54,198 nt of DNA from an uncultured Gammaproteobacteria bacterium. Its GTDB lineage: Bacteria; Patescibacteriota; Microgenomatia; CAYSOG01. The stretch lies in NCBI GenBank assembly GCA_964432675.1, contig CAYSOG010000008.1:1-54198 (forward strand). The letters run 5' to 3'. The notes beneath the pieces are model-generated. The model was not told the origin of the DNA. It searched no databases and saw only the letters and a list, made by a program, of their open reading frames with translations. Both the position numbers and the translations under genes were made by a program. Positions 18,714 through 27,624 of this stretch are shown here, in pieces; within the stretch, counting starts at the first letter, position 1, and each line of letters begins with the position of its first letter.

Positions 18714-19478
18714 CGGAACTTGGCACGTATTTTGTCCGGCTCCGTTTGGTCTACAGGCCGAACACTGGCCGGCTTGGGAACAGTCAGCGTTGGTATTACA
18801 ACCCGAGCCACACACGGGCGGCGGGGGTGTTGCATTTATGCAGATCCCGTTAATACATTGGGAACCTGCGTTACAAGTATTTGTTGTACAGGGTTGAGTA
18901 AATGAGTTTGGCGTACATGCAATTCCAGCAGTATGCGAATAATATGTGCAATTTTGCGTGCCATTATTCAGTGAACAAGTATTGGCAGGTGCTGAGCACA
19001 TTGCATCGCAAATTGCCCCGGTATTGCAGCTTGGTGGTTGCGGTATGCCATTGGCGGCACAGTAGTATATGAAATAAGGTGGGCCATTATTGCAATATCC
19101 CGGATTGCCTGGTGGGGTTAGGCAAGCAAAAGAGGTATACATCTGCACACCTTTACAAAATGTACTTGCACCTGCGGCATGAACTGAGGCGTAACCTGCA
19201 TTGTAAGAGACCGATTCTTCACCCCCAAAGCCGTCTTGGCATGAAAGCGGGCTATTAGAATATGCATAGAGATGGGTGCTCGTGTCGCATGGCGCAAGAT
19301 TGCATTGGCTATCGTAGCAGAGCACAAAATTATACGGATGGTCTCGACATCCAACTGGGCCACACTCAGCATAAGCGGTCGAAGAAAAATGGGAACCTAA
19401 CAACAGAAAAAGACCTAGTAAAATACTACTCCAAAGGCCAATAAGTTTTTTATTTACATAAAACTTTAGTATTCTCAT
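18084..19478 (-). CDS. secreted Cys-rich mosaic protein with beta-rich C-terminal domain
   Basis: Signal peptide ending AYA, Cys modules, PTPTPPP linker, GWFQV...VFVDGNLNI...LAFYVGGNINI. Confidence 0.82.
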   Translation of the reverse strand: MRILKFYVNKKLIGLWSSILLGLFLLLGSHFSSTAYAECGPVGCRDHPYNFVLCYDSQCNLAPCDTSTHLYAYSNSPLSCQDGFGGEESVSYNAGYASVHAAGASTFCKGVQMYTSFACLTPPGNPGYCNNGPPYFIYYCAANGIPQPPSCNTGAICDAMCSAPANTCSLNNGTQNCTYYSHTAGIACTPNSFTQPCTTNTCNAGSQCINGICINATPPPPVCGSGCNTNADCSQAGQCSACRPNGAGQNTCQVPPTPTPPPQGVGWFQVNGNVLSLANPPGSQFSIVDTVPAGNFLETAANAITAAFNLITTSAPPAHDLSRVSSATPAQVVENYANFNNSATSGLGKYTYTYFKSRATSTSGSQADIGPYANAAPNTSGIYGTAGNFTVAGAWTIPSSVHVIVFVDGNLNIGSNITVAKGGYLAFYVGGNINITPTTTNVDGMYFSNGTLCTSCDANGTKMP

Positions 19479-20011
19479 TTGATCACCTGTACTATTGCTA
19501 CATGGATAGCCTTATTAGCATCTGTTGCAAGCGTGAGTTTGACTGTCGTTCCAATTTGCACTGATACCGGAGTAAATGCAGTAGAAATGGCGATTGCAGA
19601 ACCCGACGCTGTTGTAGATGTTGTTAGCATTCTTGTCTTATTGTCAGTAGTATACGATGTGCTTTTTCCATCCGCCATTAAAGTGATGCTCGTTGGTGAG
19701 GCCGTAGTGACCGTTCCTGTGACGACATTTGTGGTAGTTAGCTCGTTTGGTACCGGTGTCTTAATGCCCGAAGCTGTTGCGACTGATGGATGCTGGGTAT
19801 TTAAAGTAGAATTATTTGATTGTCCTGGCAATGTTTTTTGACTAATAAGTTGTCGCAAAGCGCTTCTAGTTTTTGGATACGCTAGTAAACCGATAATAGT
19901 CAGCAACACGATAATCCCAATAATTGACAAGGCCCGTTTTATACTATTATGTGATGGTGCCACGGCAACAAATCGTTCGTTGTCTTGATGCACTAAGTTA
20001 GCATCGTTCAT
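19475..20011 (-). CDS. single-TM surface protein (cassette anchor B), paralogue of 17384..17986
   Basis: MNDANLVHQDNERFV motif, TM, GTVT...SITL; stop overlaps the next start (ATGA). Confidence 0.75.
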   Translation of the reverse strand: MNDANLVHQDNERFVAVAPSHNSIKRALSIIGIIVLLTIIGLLAYPKTRSALRQLISQKTLPGQSNNSTLNTQHPSVATASGIKTPVPNELTTTNVVTGTVTTASPTSITLMADGKSTSYTTDNKTRMLTTSTTASGSAIAISTAFTPVSVQIGTTVKLTLATDANKAIHVAIVQVIK

Positions 20012-20058
20012 AGTCTAATACTACTGTCTGTAAGCTTGGAGTGTCAACGAAAGTTGGG
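19964..20058 (-). repeat. copy B of the promoter + N-terminal-codon repeat
   Basis: CCCAACTTTCGTTGACACTCC...CAGTAGTATTAGACTATG. Confidence 0.82.
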
Positions 20059-20087
20059 AGGAATTATTTTTGAGGCGTTACGCTTAC

Positions 20088-20718
20088 ATTACGGCATTTT
20101 CGTCCCGTTGGCATCGCACGATGTACAGAGGGTACCATTACTAAAATACATACCATCGACATTGGTCGTGGTGGGGGTGATATTAATATTGCCGCCTACA
20201 TAAAATGCCAGGTAGCCACCTTTAGCCACAGTAATATTACTCCCAATATTTAAGTTGCCATCAACGAAAACAATGACATGGACAGAAGACGGTATAGTCC
20301 AGGCACCAGCGACCGTAAAATTACCGGCTGTGCCGTAGATACCTGATGTATTTGGTGCAGCATTGGCATAAGGGCCAATATCGGCTTGGCTACCGCTAGT
20401 AGAGGTAGCCCGGCTCTTAAAGTAGGTATAGGTATATTTTCCCAAGCCAGAAGTCGCACTGTTGTTGAAGTTGGCATAATTTTCTACCACCTGGGCCGGT
20501 GTTGCGGAAGAAACCCGTGAGAGGTCGTGTGCTGGCGGTGCACTAGTGGTAATAAGGTTGAAGGCTGCGGTTATGGCGTTGGCTGCAGTTTCTAAGAAAT
20601 TACCTGCTGGGACAGTGTCAACAATGCTGAACTGGCTTCCTGGCGGATTGGCTAAGCTTAGGACATTACCATTCACTTGAAACCAGCCCACTCCCTGTGG
20701 TGGTGGAGTCGGGGTCGG
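20088..20718. repeat. 631-bp direct repeat, copy 2
   Basis: Matches 18083..18713. Confidence 0.95.
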
Positions 20719-20901
20719 TGTTGGAGTGATTGTGGGCGATGGGGTAGACAGGGAGCAATTGATAATATGTAAAATACACCAAATTTTAATACGCGAAGCT
20801 GGCGGAGCGCCCATGGCATAGGCTGCATTAGCCTCAGCAAGCGTTATAAGAAAAAAGCCGATGATTATTGTTGTTAAAATAAGAATTTTTTCTTTTATCA
20901 T
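20089..20901 (-). CDS. secreted protein with short N-terminus and the same C-terminal domain as 18084..19478
   Basis: Signal peptide ending AYA, C-x6-C, PT linker; last ~209 aa identical. Confidence 0.82.
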   Translation of the reverse strand: MIKEKILILTTIIIGFFLITLAEANAAYAMGAPPASRIKIWCILHIINCSLSTPSPTITPTPTPTPPPQGVGWFQVNGNVLSLANPPGSQFSIVDTVPAGNFLETAANAITAAFNLITTSAPPAHDLSRVSSATPAQVVENYANFNNSATSGLGKYTYTYFKSRATSTSGSQADIGPYANAAPNTSGIYGTAGNFTVAGAWTIPSSVHVIVFVDGNLNIGSNITVAKGGYLAFYVGGNINITPTTTNVDGMYFSNGTLCTSCDANGTKMP

Positions 20902-20924
20902 ATCTTTATCAGCCTTGGTATTAT

Positions 20925-21194
20925 CTACTGCCCTGCAGGTAGGTGATTTATTTCAAATGTATAATATTTTTGGTTGTGTTCGATTGCTACCGCAATTGCT
21001 GTAAACCGTTTGGCTTCTATGGTATTTGGTGGAAATTTTTTTGCCAATTGTCTGTAGTACTCAGCCCTACCGAATTTTGTTTGCAACCAGACGGCGCGAG
21101 TAATAACCGGTATTGTGACCAAGAGACAAACCAGGGGAACGATAAAAATATACTGATGTCTGATAAAAGAATTGGCGGTTTGCAAGTATCCCAT
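20925..21194 (-). CDS. small single-TM hypothetical protein
   Basis: 89-aa ORF co-oriented within the cassette. Confidence 0.5.
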   Translation of the reverse strand: MGYLQTANSFIRHQYIFIVPLVCLLVTIPVITRAVWLQTKFGRAEYYRQLAKKFPPNTIEAKRFTAIAVAIEHNQKYYTFEINHLPAGQ

Positions 21195-21213
21195 GCATTT
21201 TATAACTCCATTA

Positions 21214-21636
21214 TTATGGCGAACCGACCTGGCCGGTAACCGACCATTGGGTTACAGTGAAGGCACATGATACGCCGCTTTTAGTTTGATATCCTGCACA
21301 CGCGGTATAATTTCCAGGTATACCATTAATATAACTTACATCATATGTGTAGAAAGAGGTGCTTCCGCCATATATACCATTTGTTGCCGTCCAAGTCTCA
21401 GAATATCTATTGGTAACGGTTGTTTGAGCGCTGGCAGTATTACCCTTTTGCACTTGCTGGTAGCCTAGCATTGTCCCAACCCCCACCAGAATAATGGTCA
21501 GTAACAGTATAACCATTTGCAGAAAGCCGATCCGCAGCCAATGATGGGGCTCTTTTATATTTCTTTTCTCTATAACTTGCCTCATATTTGCCAATTCGGA
21601 CCGTAGTTGTAATATGTCGGTATCGGGATTTTCCAT
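21214..21636 (-). CDS. single-TM exported protein
   Basis: AGGAGG SD, short coil, TM, Cys pair. Confidence 0.7.
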   Translation of the reverse strand: MENPDTDILQLRSELANMRQVIEKRNIKEPHHWLRIGFLQMVILLLTIILVGVGTMLGYQQVQKGNTASAQTTVTNRYSETWTATNGIYGGSTSFYTYDVSYINGIPGNYTACAGYQTKSGVSCAFTVTQWSVTGQVGSP

Positions 21637-21646
21637 AGTACCTCCT

Positions 21647-22375
21647 TTAGTAGGTAAACGTATTTGATGCTATTTTTATCTTACCACTTTGGTCTGTGCC
21701 GGCTACCTCAATACTATATCGACGGCCCGACTTGAAAATAGTTTGCGGCGTTTGTGCTTGCTGGCCTTGTTGGTTTTTTGGTGTCGTATTGTAATACCCT
21801 TGAGGTACGTCTCCTATGGTATAAGGGTTTGGTAAGGCTGTAGCAGGTGTTGGTATTGGTGCCGGTGTTGTGCCTTGGGCAGGCGTTATGGTTGCGGCAG
21901 GATTAATAAAACTTAATGCAAAAACAATAAAGTGGTCAGTTAAAATATCTAACCTGCCAAGGTCATATACAGTGACAGATCCAGCTTGTATCTTATTGTC
22001 GTAACTTAAGCTAACAGTGTTATTATTTTTGGTAATTGTGGTAGAAAAATCGCCCATTGCACCGTCACGGAAATCAATTGCATCGCTTTTGACGTTAAAG
22101 TAGCGTGCTGCTGTATTGCTATTTGAGTTAATGGCTGGTAATGCCGGTTGCGCCGAAGCCGAAGCTTGTGCATAGGCCGGGATTGAAGTTTGCTTAGGTG
22201 AGGATATCGGAGTTTTAGTACTTTTACCGACGAATAAGGCAAATATACCGCCAACTATTGCAATAAGTAAAGTGATAATAAGTATGATAAGGAAAACAGA
22301 TCGTTTATTAGGGGATTGATGCGTTACGGCAACAAACCGTTCGCTGTCTTGGGGAGCCATATTGATGTTATCCAT
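21647..22375 (-). CDS. single-TM surface protein (cassette anchor A) with a different C-terminal domain
   Basis: MDNINMAPQDSERFV motif, TM; beta-rich tail (GRRYSIEVAG). Confidence 0.75.
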   Translation of the reverse strand: MDNINMAPQDSERFVAVTHQSPNKRSVFLIILIITLLIAIVGGIFALFVGKSTKTPISSPKQTSIPAYAQASASAQPALPAINSNSNTAARYFNVKSDAIDFRDGAMGDFSTTITKNNNTVSLSYDNKIQAGSVTVYDLGRLDILTDHFIVFALSFINPAATITPAQGTTPAPIPTPATALPNPYTIGDVPQGYYNTTPKNQQGQQAQTPQTIFKSGRRYSIEVAGTDQSGKIKIASNTFTY

Positions 22376-22422
22376 AGTCTAATACTACTGTTTGTAAGCG
22401 TGGAGTGTCAACGAAAGTTGGG
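22326..22422 (-). repeat. copy A of the promoter + N-terminal-codon repeat
   Basis: Upstream part nearly identical to copy B. Confidence 0.82.
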
Positions 22423-22428
22423 GGGGAG

Positions 22429-23352
22429 TTATTTTTGTAAGGCGGCGTCGATTTGTGGCTTGATTTGGTCGTAGGGCAAGGCACCTGGGATGATAGTTTT
22501 ACTCCCGTCGGCCGCAACTACAAACATCGTTGGCGTGCCCTGAACGCCTGCGGTTTGACCACCAGCCTCTTCGTCTTGGACCATTTTGGTGTACTTACCA
22601 CTGTCAAGACAACTTTGGAACTTTGTCTGGTCCACACCAATTTCAGCAGCGAGTGGCCCTAGTTGGTCTAAAGCAAAACCAGTGCCATTTGATGTGGTGC
22701 GTTCAAAAATTTTGTCGTTAAATTGCCAAAATGCATCATTGCCACCTTGCTCGGTAATGCACTCTGAAGCCTCTGCTTCCTTTTGGGCGTTTTGATGAAA
22801 TGGTAGGGGAAAATGTCGATAGACCAAGCGGACTTTGCCGTCATAGTCTTTCATAGTTTGTTGCAAGGTTGGTTGGAATTGTTTGCAGAAAGGACATTCA
22901 AAATCGGAATATTCTAAAAGTGTTACCTTAGCATTTTTGTCGCCGCGAATATGATCATCAGCCGTTACTGCCGCTAATGGCCCCGGTGTAGCGGTTGCGG
23001 CTGGTTGGCCCGCCGTATTTGTCGTTGCGCCTGCAACTTGAGAGGTAGGTTGGATACCTGCCCCATTTTTTAAGTAACTCACTTCTGTCCGCAAGCTGCC
23101 AATAAAATAGGCTGATACAATAAGCAAAACTACTAATACTGGTGTGAAATTAAAGGTACCAGAAAACACCGTATCTTTTAGCAATGTTGGTAAATTCCTT
23201 ACGCCAGCCGAAAATTGGGCAAGTGAAGCAAGAAAGCGTTCTTTAGCTTCCTGCGGGCTGTAAAAAATATCAGATGTTGTAAAAACAGCTGTTTTTCTAA
23301 TTGTCGTAGCGGAAGTTCTGCTTGCAGTTTTAGTAGTTGGTCTTTTAGCCAT
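22429..23352 (-). CDS. dsbA: membrane-anchored DsbA/BdbD-family thiol-disulfide oxidoreductase
   Basis: EYSDFECPFC, YRHFPL, GVQGTPT. Confidence 0.9.
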   Translation of the reverse strand: MAKRPTTKTASRTSATTIRKTAVFTTSDIFYSPQEAKERFLASLAQFSAGVRNLPTLLKDTVFSGTFNFTPVLVVLLIVSAYFIGSLRTEVSYLKNGAGIQPTSQVAGATTNTAGQPAATATPGPLAAVTADDHIRGDKNAKVTLLEYSDFECPFCKQFQPTLQQTMKDYDGKVRLVYRHFPLPFHQNAQKEAEASECITEQGGNDAFWQFNDKIFERTTSNGTGFALDQLGPLAAEIGVDQTKFQSCLDSGKYTKMVQDEEAGGQTAGVQGTPTMFVVAADGSKTIIPGALPYDQIKPQIDAALQK

Positions 23353-23451
23353 ACGTTAACAATGTCAATACAATCTAACAGCTTCCACTAAACCATGTCA
23401 AGCGTAAATTTATCGATCTGTTAAGTGGGTAATAAGCAACGCATGGATTGT

Positions 23452-24165
23452 CTATTGGATGGGGCAATGAGGCACTTTAATTTCAAAACACTGGTTCCCG
23501 CCTAGGATACAAGCGGTGCCAAACCAGCACTTTTCATGGCCCGGTGTAACGCAAAGCGTGCCTGTGGTATCGACTACCATTCCCGGCTTGCAGGCAAGAA
23601 TAGGTGGTAGTGAGGGAGACATAATGGGTGTCGGCTTTGGTGTATCGGGCATGCAAATACCACCAACGTCGCCTACTGGTAACTTATTGCCGAGGTTTGG
23701 ATCTGGCTCGCAGGTATATCCTTGTGGACACTCAGGTGCATTATTCATATTGCCACCACAATGCATGACAGGTGTAGGTTCAGGTGATTTAGTTACAGGC
23801 GATGGTTGAATCGATGGCGAGGGTACGGGTGGTATTACTTTGCACCAAATTCCAAAAAACTTGCAGAGTACCGGTAGCCGTTGTGGACCTACCCAGGGAG
23901 GCAAGCTCCCCTCTGGATTGGGCGTCGTATCTGGCGGGCACATATTCTTAGTAACAGGAATTTTACAGGCAGGTTGTGTATCCAAGCAAGCTGGCCTGGG
24001 GATGCAGTCCCGTTGGGCAACTTGCGCACTGCTTCGAACGTCGTTCGATTGGTTACGAACGGCAAAAAGGACAATCGGTATCGCCAAGGCAATGGCAATT
24101 ATTGGTATTAGGGCAACAATACCGTTTTGGTTTTTCAAGTGATAGCCGATTTCCTTGGCGTACAT
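23452..24165 (-). CDS. exported Cys/Pro-rich multi-module protein
   Basis: KNQNG-hydrophobic stretch-DVRSSA; several small Cys modules separated by Pro linkers. Confidence 0.75.
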   Translation of the reverse strand: MYAKEIGYHLKNQNGIVALIPIIAIALAIPIVLFAVRNQSNDVRSSAQVAQRDCIPRPACLDTQPACKIPVTKNMCPPDTTPNPEGSLPPWVGPQRLPVLCKFFGIWCKVIPPVPSPSIQPSPVTKSPEPTPVMHCGGNMNNAPECPQGYTCEPDPNLGNKLPVGDVGGICMPDTPKPTPIMSPSLPPILACKPGMVVDTTGTLCVTPGHEKCWFGTACILGGNQCFEIKVPHCPIQ

Positions 24166-24238
24166 GGTTTAACTATGGAATGCACTGGTCGAATTGTCAA
24201 TAGTTGCTCATTTCAACATTCTTGCTATACTTAATAGC

Positions 24239-25597
24239 GTGAAGCAAATCTCCTATGATTATTCATTCATGATGGCCGATTACGTTGGGGAGCATGGCGC
24301 ATCACAGCAGGAAATCGATGAGATCACGCCAAAGCTCCAAGCGATCAAGCAGCAATTTCTGGGTAATAAACCTTCGTTTACGAAACTGCCCTACGATAAT
24401 GAAACACTGCACAATATTCAATCCTTAGCAAAAAAGATTTCCTCCGATTTTGAAAACCTCATTGTTTTGGGCATTGGTGGATCCGATCTTGGCGCGCGAG
24501 CCGTTGTTTCGGCACTTTTAAGTCCATTTAATAATTTTTCTGATAATCGACCTGGCATGCGCGTTTTTTTCCTGGGTGGTAATACTGATCCACAAGAAAT
24601 TAACGACGTTTTGTCCTTTATCGATCTAAAAAAGACAGCAATTAATATCATTTCAAAATCGGGTGACACGATTGAACCCATGTCGGCATTTGTGTTTTTG
24701 CGTGATAAATTAATCCAAGTAGTTGGTGAAGAAAATCACGCCAAGCATATTATTGCGACAACCGATGCTTCAAAGGGCACGATGCGTGAAATTACCAACC
24801 AAAATGGTTATGCATCCTTAATTGTCCCCGATGACGTTGGCGGACGATTTTCTGTCCTTTCCACTGTTGGACTTTTTCCAGCAGCTTGTGCAGGTATCGA
24901 TATCGCATCCCTTTTAGTAGGTGGCCAAGATATGGATAAAGCTCTCTCAAGCGAAGGTGAGCCCTTAAATAGCGCACAGATCTATGCAGCTTTACAGTAT
25001 CTTGGTTATACAAAAAGAAGTCAGCATATTTCCGTTGTCATGCCATACGCTGAACATTTACGGCAATTTGGTTTCTGGTATCGACAATTGTGGGCGGAAA
25101 GTTTAGGTAAGGAAAATAAAGGTCCAACACCGATCGCGTCATTAGGTGCAACCGACCAACATTCCCAAATGCAATTATACAATGAAGGACCATTTGACAA
25201 ATTGATTAGTTTTATCCGCGTTGAGTCATTGCCCGAAAATTTCGAAATTCCGCATCCTTTAGAAGATTATGAAGGTGTCCAATACATGGCCGGACATGAT
25301 TTTGCAAAGATAATTAATACCGAAGCCCAAGCCTCAGCGCTAGCTTTGTCCCAAAACGGTCGGCCAAATGGTACACTCATCCTATCGGAATTATCAGTAA
25401 ATACTCTAGGTGCACTTTTTCTTTTCTTCGAATGGGCAACAGCCTACATGGGGGAACTTTTAGAAATTAACACCTACAATCAACCAGGTGTTGAAGCTGG
25501 CAAAACTGCCATGTACGCTCTCTTAGGCCGAAAGGGATATGAAGAACGAAAAAAGGAGTTAGAGCAGCATCTATCTGGGAAAAAGTACATAGTTTAA
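24239..25597 (+). CDS. pgi: glucose-6-phosphate isomerase
   Basis: GIGGSDLG, SKSGDTIE, VGGRFSV, QLWAESLGK, DQHS, QPGVEAGK; GTG start after TGnTATACT. Confidence 0.96.
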   Translation: MKQISYDYSFMMADYVGEHGASQQEIDEITPKLQAIKQQFLGNKPSFTKLPYDNETLHNIQSLAKKISSDFENLIVLGIGGSDLGARAVVSALLSPFNNFSDNRPGMRVFFLGGNTDPQEINDVLSFIDLKKTAINIISKSGDTIEPMSAFVFLRDKLIQVVGEENHAKHIIATTDASKGTMREITNQNGYASLIVPDDVGGRFSVLSTVGLFPAACAGIDIASLLVGGQDMDKALSSEGEPLNSAQIYAALQYLGYTKRSQHISVVMPYAEHLRQFGFWYRQLWAESLGKENKGPTPIASLGATDQHSQMQLYNEGPFDKLISFIRVESLPENFEIPHPLEDYEGVQYMAGHDFAKIINTEAQASALALSQNGRPNGTLILSELSVNTLGALFLFFEWATAYMGELLEINTYNQPGVEAGKTAMYALLGRKGYEERKKELEQHLSGKKYIV

Positions 25598-25662
25598 GTA
25601 TCCCGCCAATATCCCCCCCTCGTTCATTTGGTAGATTGCTTCGAGTACTCGCAATGACGATA

Positions 25663-27171
25663 TTAAATTGTATGTTTTTCGTGTATCGGACAGACGATTA
25701 AATGTTGGGCGAGCCATTTTCGGCCATCTTTTTCGATAAGGTCGTCGGCTTGTTGTGGACCCCAAGAACCGGGTTCATAGGTAATAACTTCTTGGCCATT
25801 TCTTGTCCATTCTTCAGAAATTGGCGTAACAAATTGCCAGGCAGCTTCGACTTCTTTGCTTGAGGTAAATAACGACTGGTCCCCAGCGATTACATCCAAC
25901 AGTAAGCGGGCGTACGCATCTTGGCCGACGCCACCAAACTTATCGCGATAACAAAAATCCATTTGTGACGGAACAATCTTATTACCAAATCCTGGCTCCT
26001 TGGTAAAAAAACGAACCGAAATACCTTCGTTCGGTTCTAGACGGAGGGTGATAGTATTGGGAAATGGTGATGGTTCCTCTAAACTAAAAAGCGGGTCCTT
26101 AACCGGTTTAAGTTGGAGCGTAATATCGGTCACTTTTTCGTGTAATTTTTTACCAGTCCGCAGGTAAAATGGTACATGCCGAAATTGGTCTATATCTAAG
26201 AAAATTTTTGCCGCGACGAACGTCTCGACCGTTGAATTCTGGCTGACGTTTTCTTCCTGCTGGTAGCCTTGATATTGTCCACGGATAGTTTGGGCTGCCA
26301 CATCTTCAATTGGTGAAAGTGCTTCTAAAATCCTTTCCCGCTGGCTTCTAATATCATCCGGGGTTAAACTAGCTGGCCGTTGCATTGTAACTGCGGTCAC
26401 TAATTGCAGTAAATGGTTTTGGAAAAAGTCTTGTAGCGCGCCGGTTTGCTCATAAAAATTACCCCGCGTACCAATGCCAATATCTTCTGCTGCAGTAATT
26501 TGGATGTGGTCAATATACTCAGCATTCCAGATTGGCTCAAATAAATTATTCGCGAACCGAAATGCCAGGATATTTTGAACAGTTTCCTTAGCGAGGTAAT
26601 GGTCGATACGGTAGATTTGGTTTTCAGAAAACACATCCAAGAACAGTTTATTAAGTTCTTTAGCGCTAGTCAGATCATGCCCGAATGGTTTTTCAATAAT
26701 AACTCGGGCGTTAGTGGCATTATGCTGTGCACAACCTCGCGCAAGATTTTGTGATTTAAGGCCTTGAATAATATTGCTAAAGTCCGACGCCGGGGTTGCG
26801 AAGTAGAAAAGCCGATTGAGACAGCTATTGGTTTCTTTTTCTTTTCCAGTAAGAAATTCATCCAACTGTTTATAGCCATCTGGGTTCTGGAATTCACCTT
26901 GGATATAAATAAGCGTTTTAGAAAACTTCTGCCAGACTTCATCGTCAATTTTTCTTCCCTCGTCTGTTATCGCTTGTCTTGCTTCTGCGACCAGTTGATT
27001 ATTATCCCAAGGTCGTCTGGCAAAGCCAACGATGTAAAAAGTTTCCGGCAGATAGCCTAAGCTGAATAAATCATATAACGACGGCAATAGTTTTTTATGT
27101 GCTAGGTCACCAGTGATGCCAAAGATAATAAGCGCGGTTGGGGAAAGTTTTGACTGTGTATTGTCGGCCAT
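25663..27171 (-). CDS. zwf: glucose-6-phosphate 1-dehydrogenase
   Basis: IFGITGDLA, IEKPFG, RIDHYLAKE, QNHLLQ. Confidence 0.96.
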   Translation of the reverse strand: MADNTQSKLSPTALIIFGITGDLAHKKLLPSLYDLFSLGYLPETFYIVGFARRPWDNNQLVAEARQAITDEGRKIDDEVWQKFSKTLIYIQGEFQNPDGYKQLDEFLTGKEKETNSCLNRLFYFATPASDFSNIIQGLKSQNLARGCAQHNATNARVIIEKPFGHDLTSAKELNKLFLDVFSENQIYRIDHYLAKETVQNILAFRFANNLFEPIWNAEYIDHIQITAAEDIGIGTRGNFYEQTGALQDFFQNHLLQLVTAVTMQRPASLTPDDIRSQRERILEALSPIEDVAAQTIRGQYQGYQQEENVSQNSTVETFVAAKIFLDIDQFRHVPFYLRTGKKLHEKVTDITLQLKPVKDPLFSLEEPSPFPNTITLRLEPNEGISVRFFTKEPGFGNKIVPSQMDFCYRDKFGGVGQDAYARLLLDVIAGDQSLFTSSKEVEAAWQFVTPISEEWTRNGQEVITYEPGSWGPQQADDLIEKDGRKWLAQHLIVCPIHEKHTI

Positions 27172-27311
27172 TGACTGTATTGTACTAAATCTGAAGGGAA
27201 GGGAAAAGCATCGGAAGCGAAGCTGGCTGTTTTAACGTTATTTTAACCGTGTTTTTATTAGACTATGGGTAGTTAATTGAGATGAAGGAAGGAGGAGGTG
27301 ATTTAAAAAAT

Positions 27312-27560
27312 ATGGACATTATTCTTTGGATCGTACTAGGAGGCTTGGCAGGATGGATCGCCTCACTTATTATGGGAACGCGCGAAGGCATTGTAATGGA
27401 TATTATTGTAGGTATCCTTGGCGCACTGGTAGGCGGTTTTCTGATGGGTTTTTTCGGACAGTCGGGAGTCAATGGCTTTAACGTTTACTCCCTGGTTGTT
27501 GCCGTAATCGGAGCCGTTGTACTGCTTGCGATCTATCGTGCACTTCGCCGAACCGCGTAG
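27312..27560 (+). CDS. GlsB/YeaQ/YmgE family membrane protein
   Basis: WIVLGGLAGWIAS...IVGILGALVGG; AGGAGGTG SD. Confidence 0.9.
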   Translation: MDIILWIVLGGLAGWIASLIMGTREGIVMDIIVGILGALVGGFLMGFFGQSGVNGFNVYSLVVAVIGAVVLLAIYRALRRTA

Positions 27561-27624
27561 TGTGTACTAGAAGATAACTTAATGAACCCTTTATTTCTTG
27601 TCAACGGATGTATACTATCTACAT

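Noticed and set aside
18083-20718. Diversity-generating retroelement TR/VR pair
   Set aside because: The repeat is 631 bp, both copies are coding, there is only one (synonymous) mismatch, and no reverse transcriptase is in the window
20030-22411. CIRCE sites at the cassette promoters (GAGTGTCAA)
   Set aside because: Only the right arm is present, and it is simply the TTGACA -35 element
17936-22422. CRISPR array or shufflon
   Set aside because: Repeats are about 2 kb apart, direct and degenerate; no cas genes, invertase or inverted recombination sites seen
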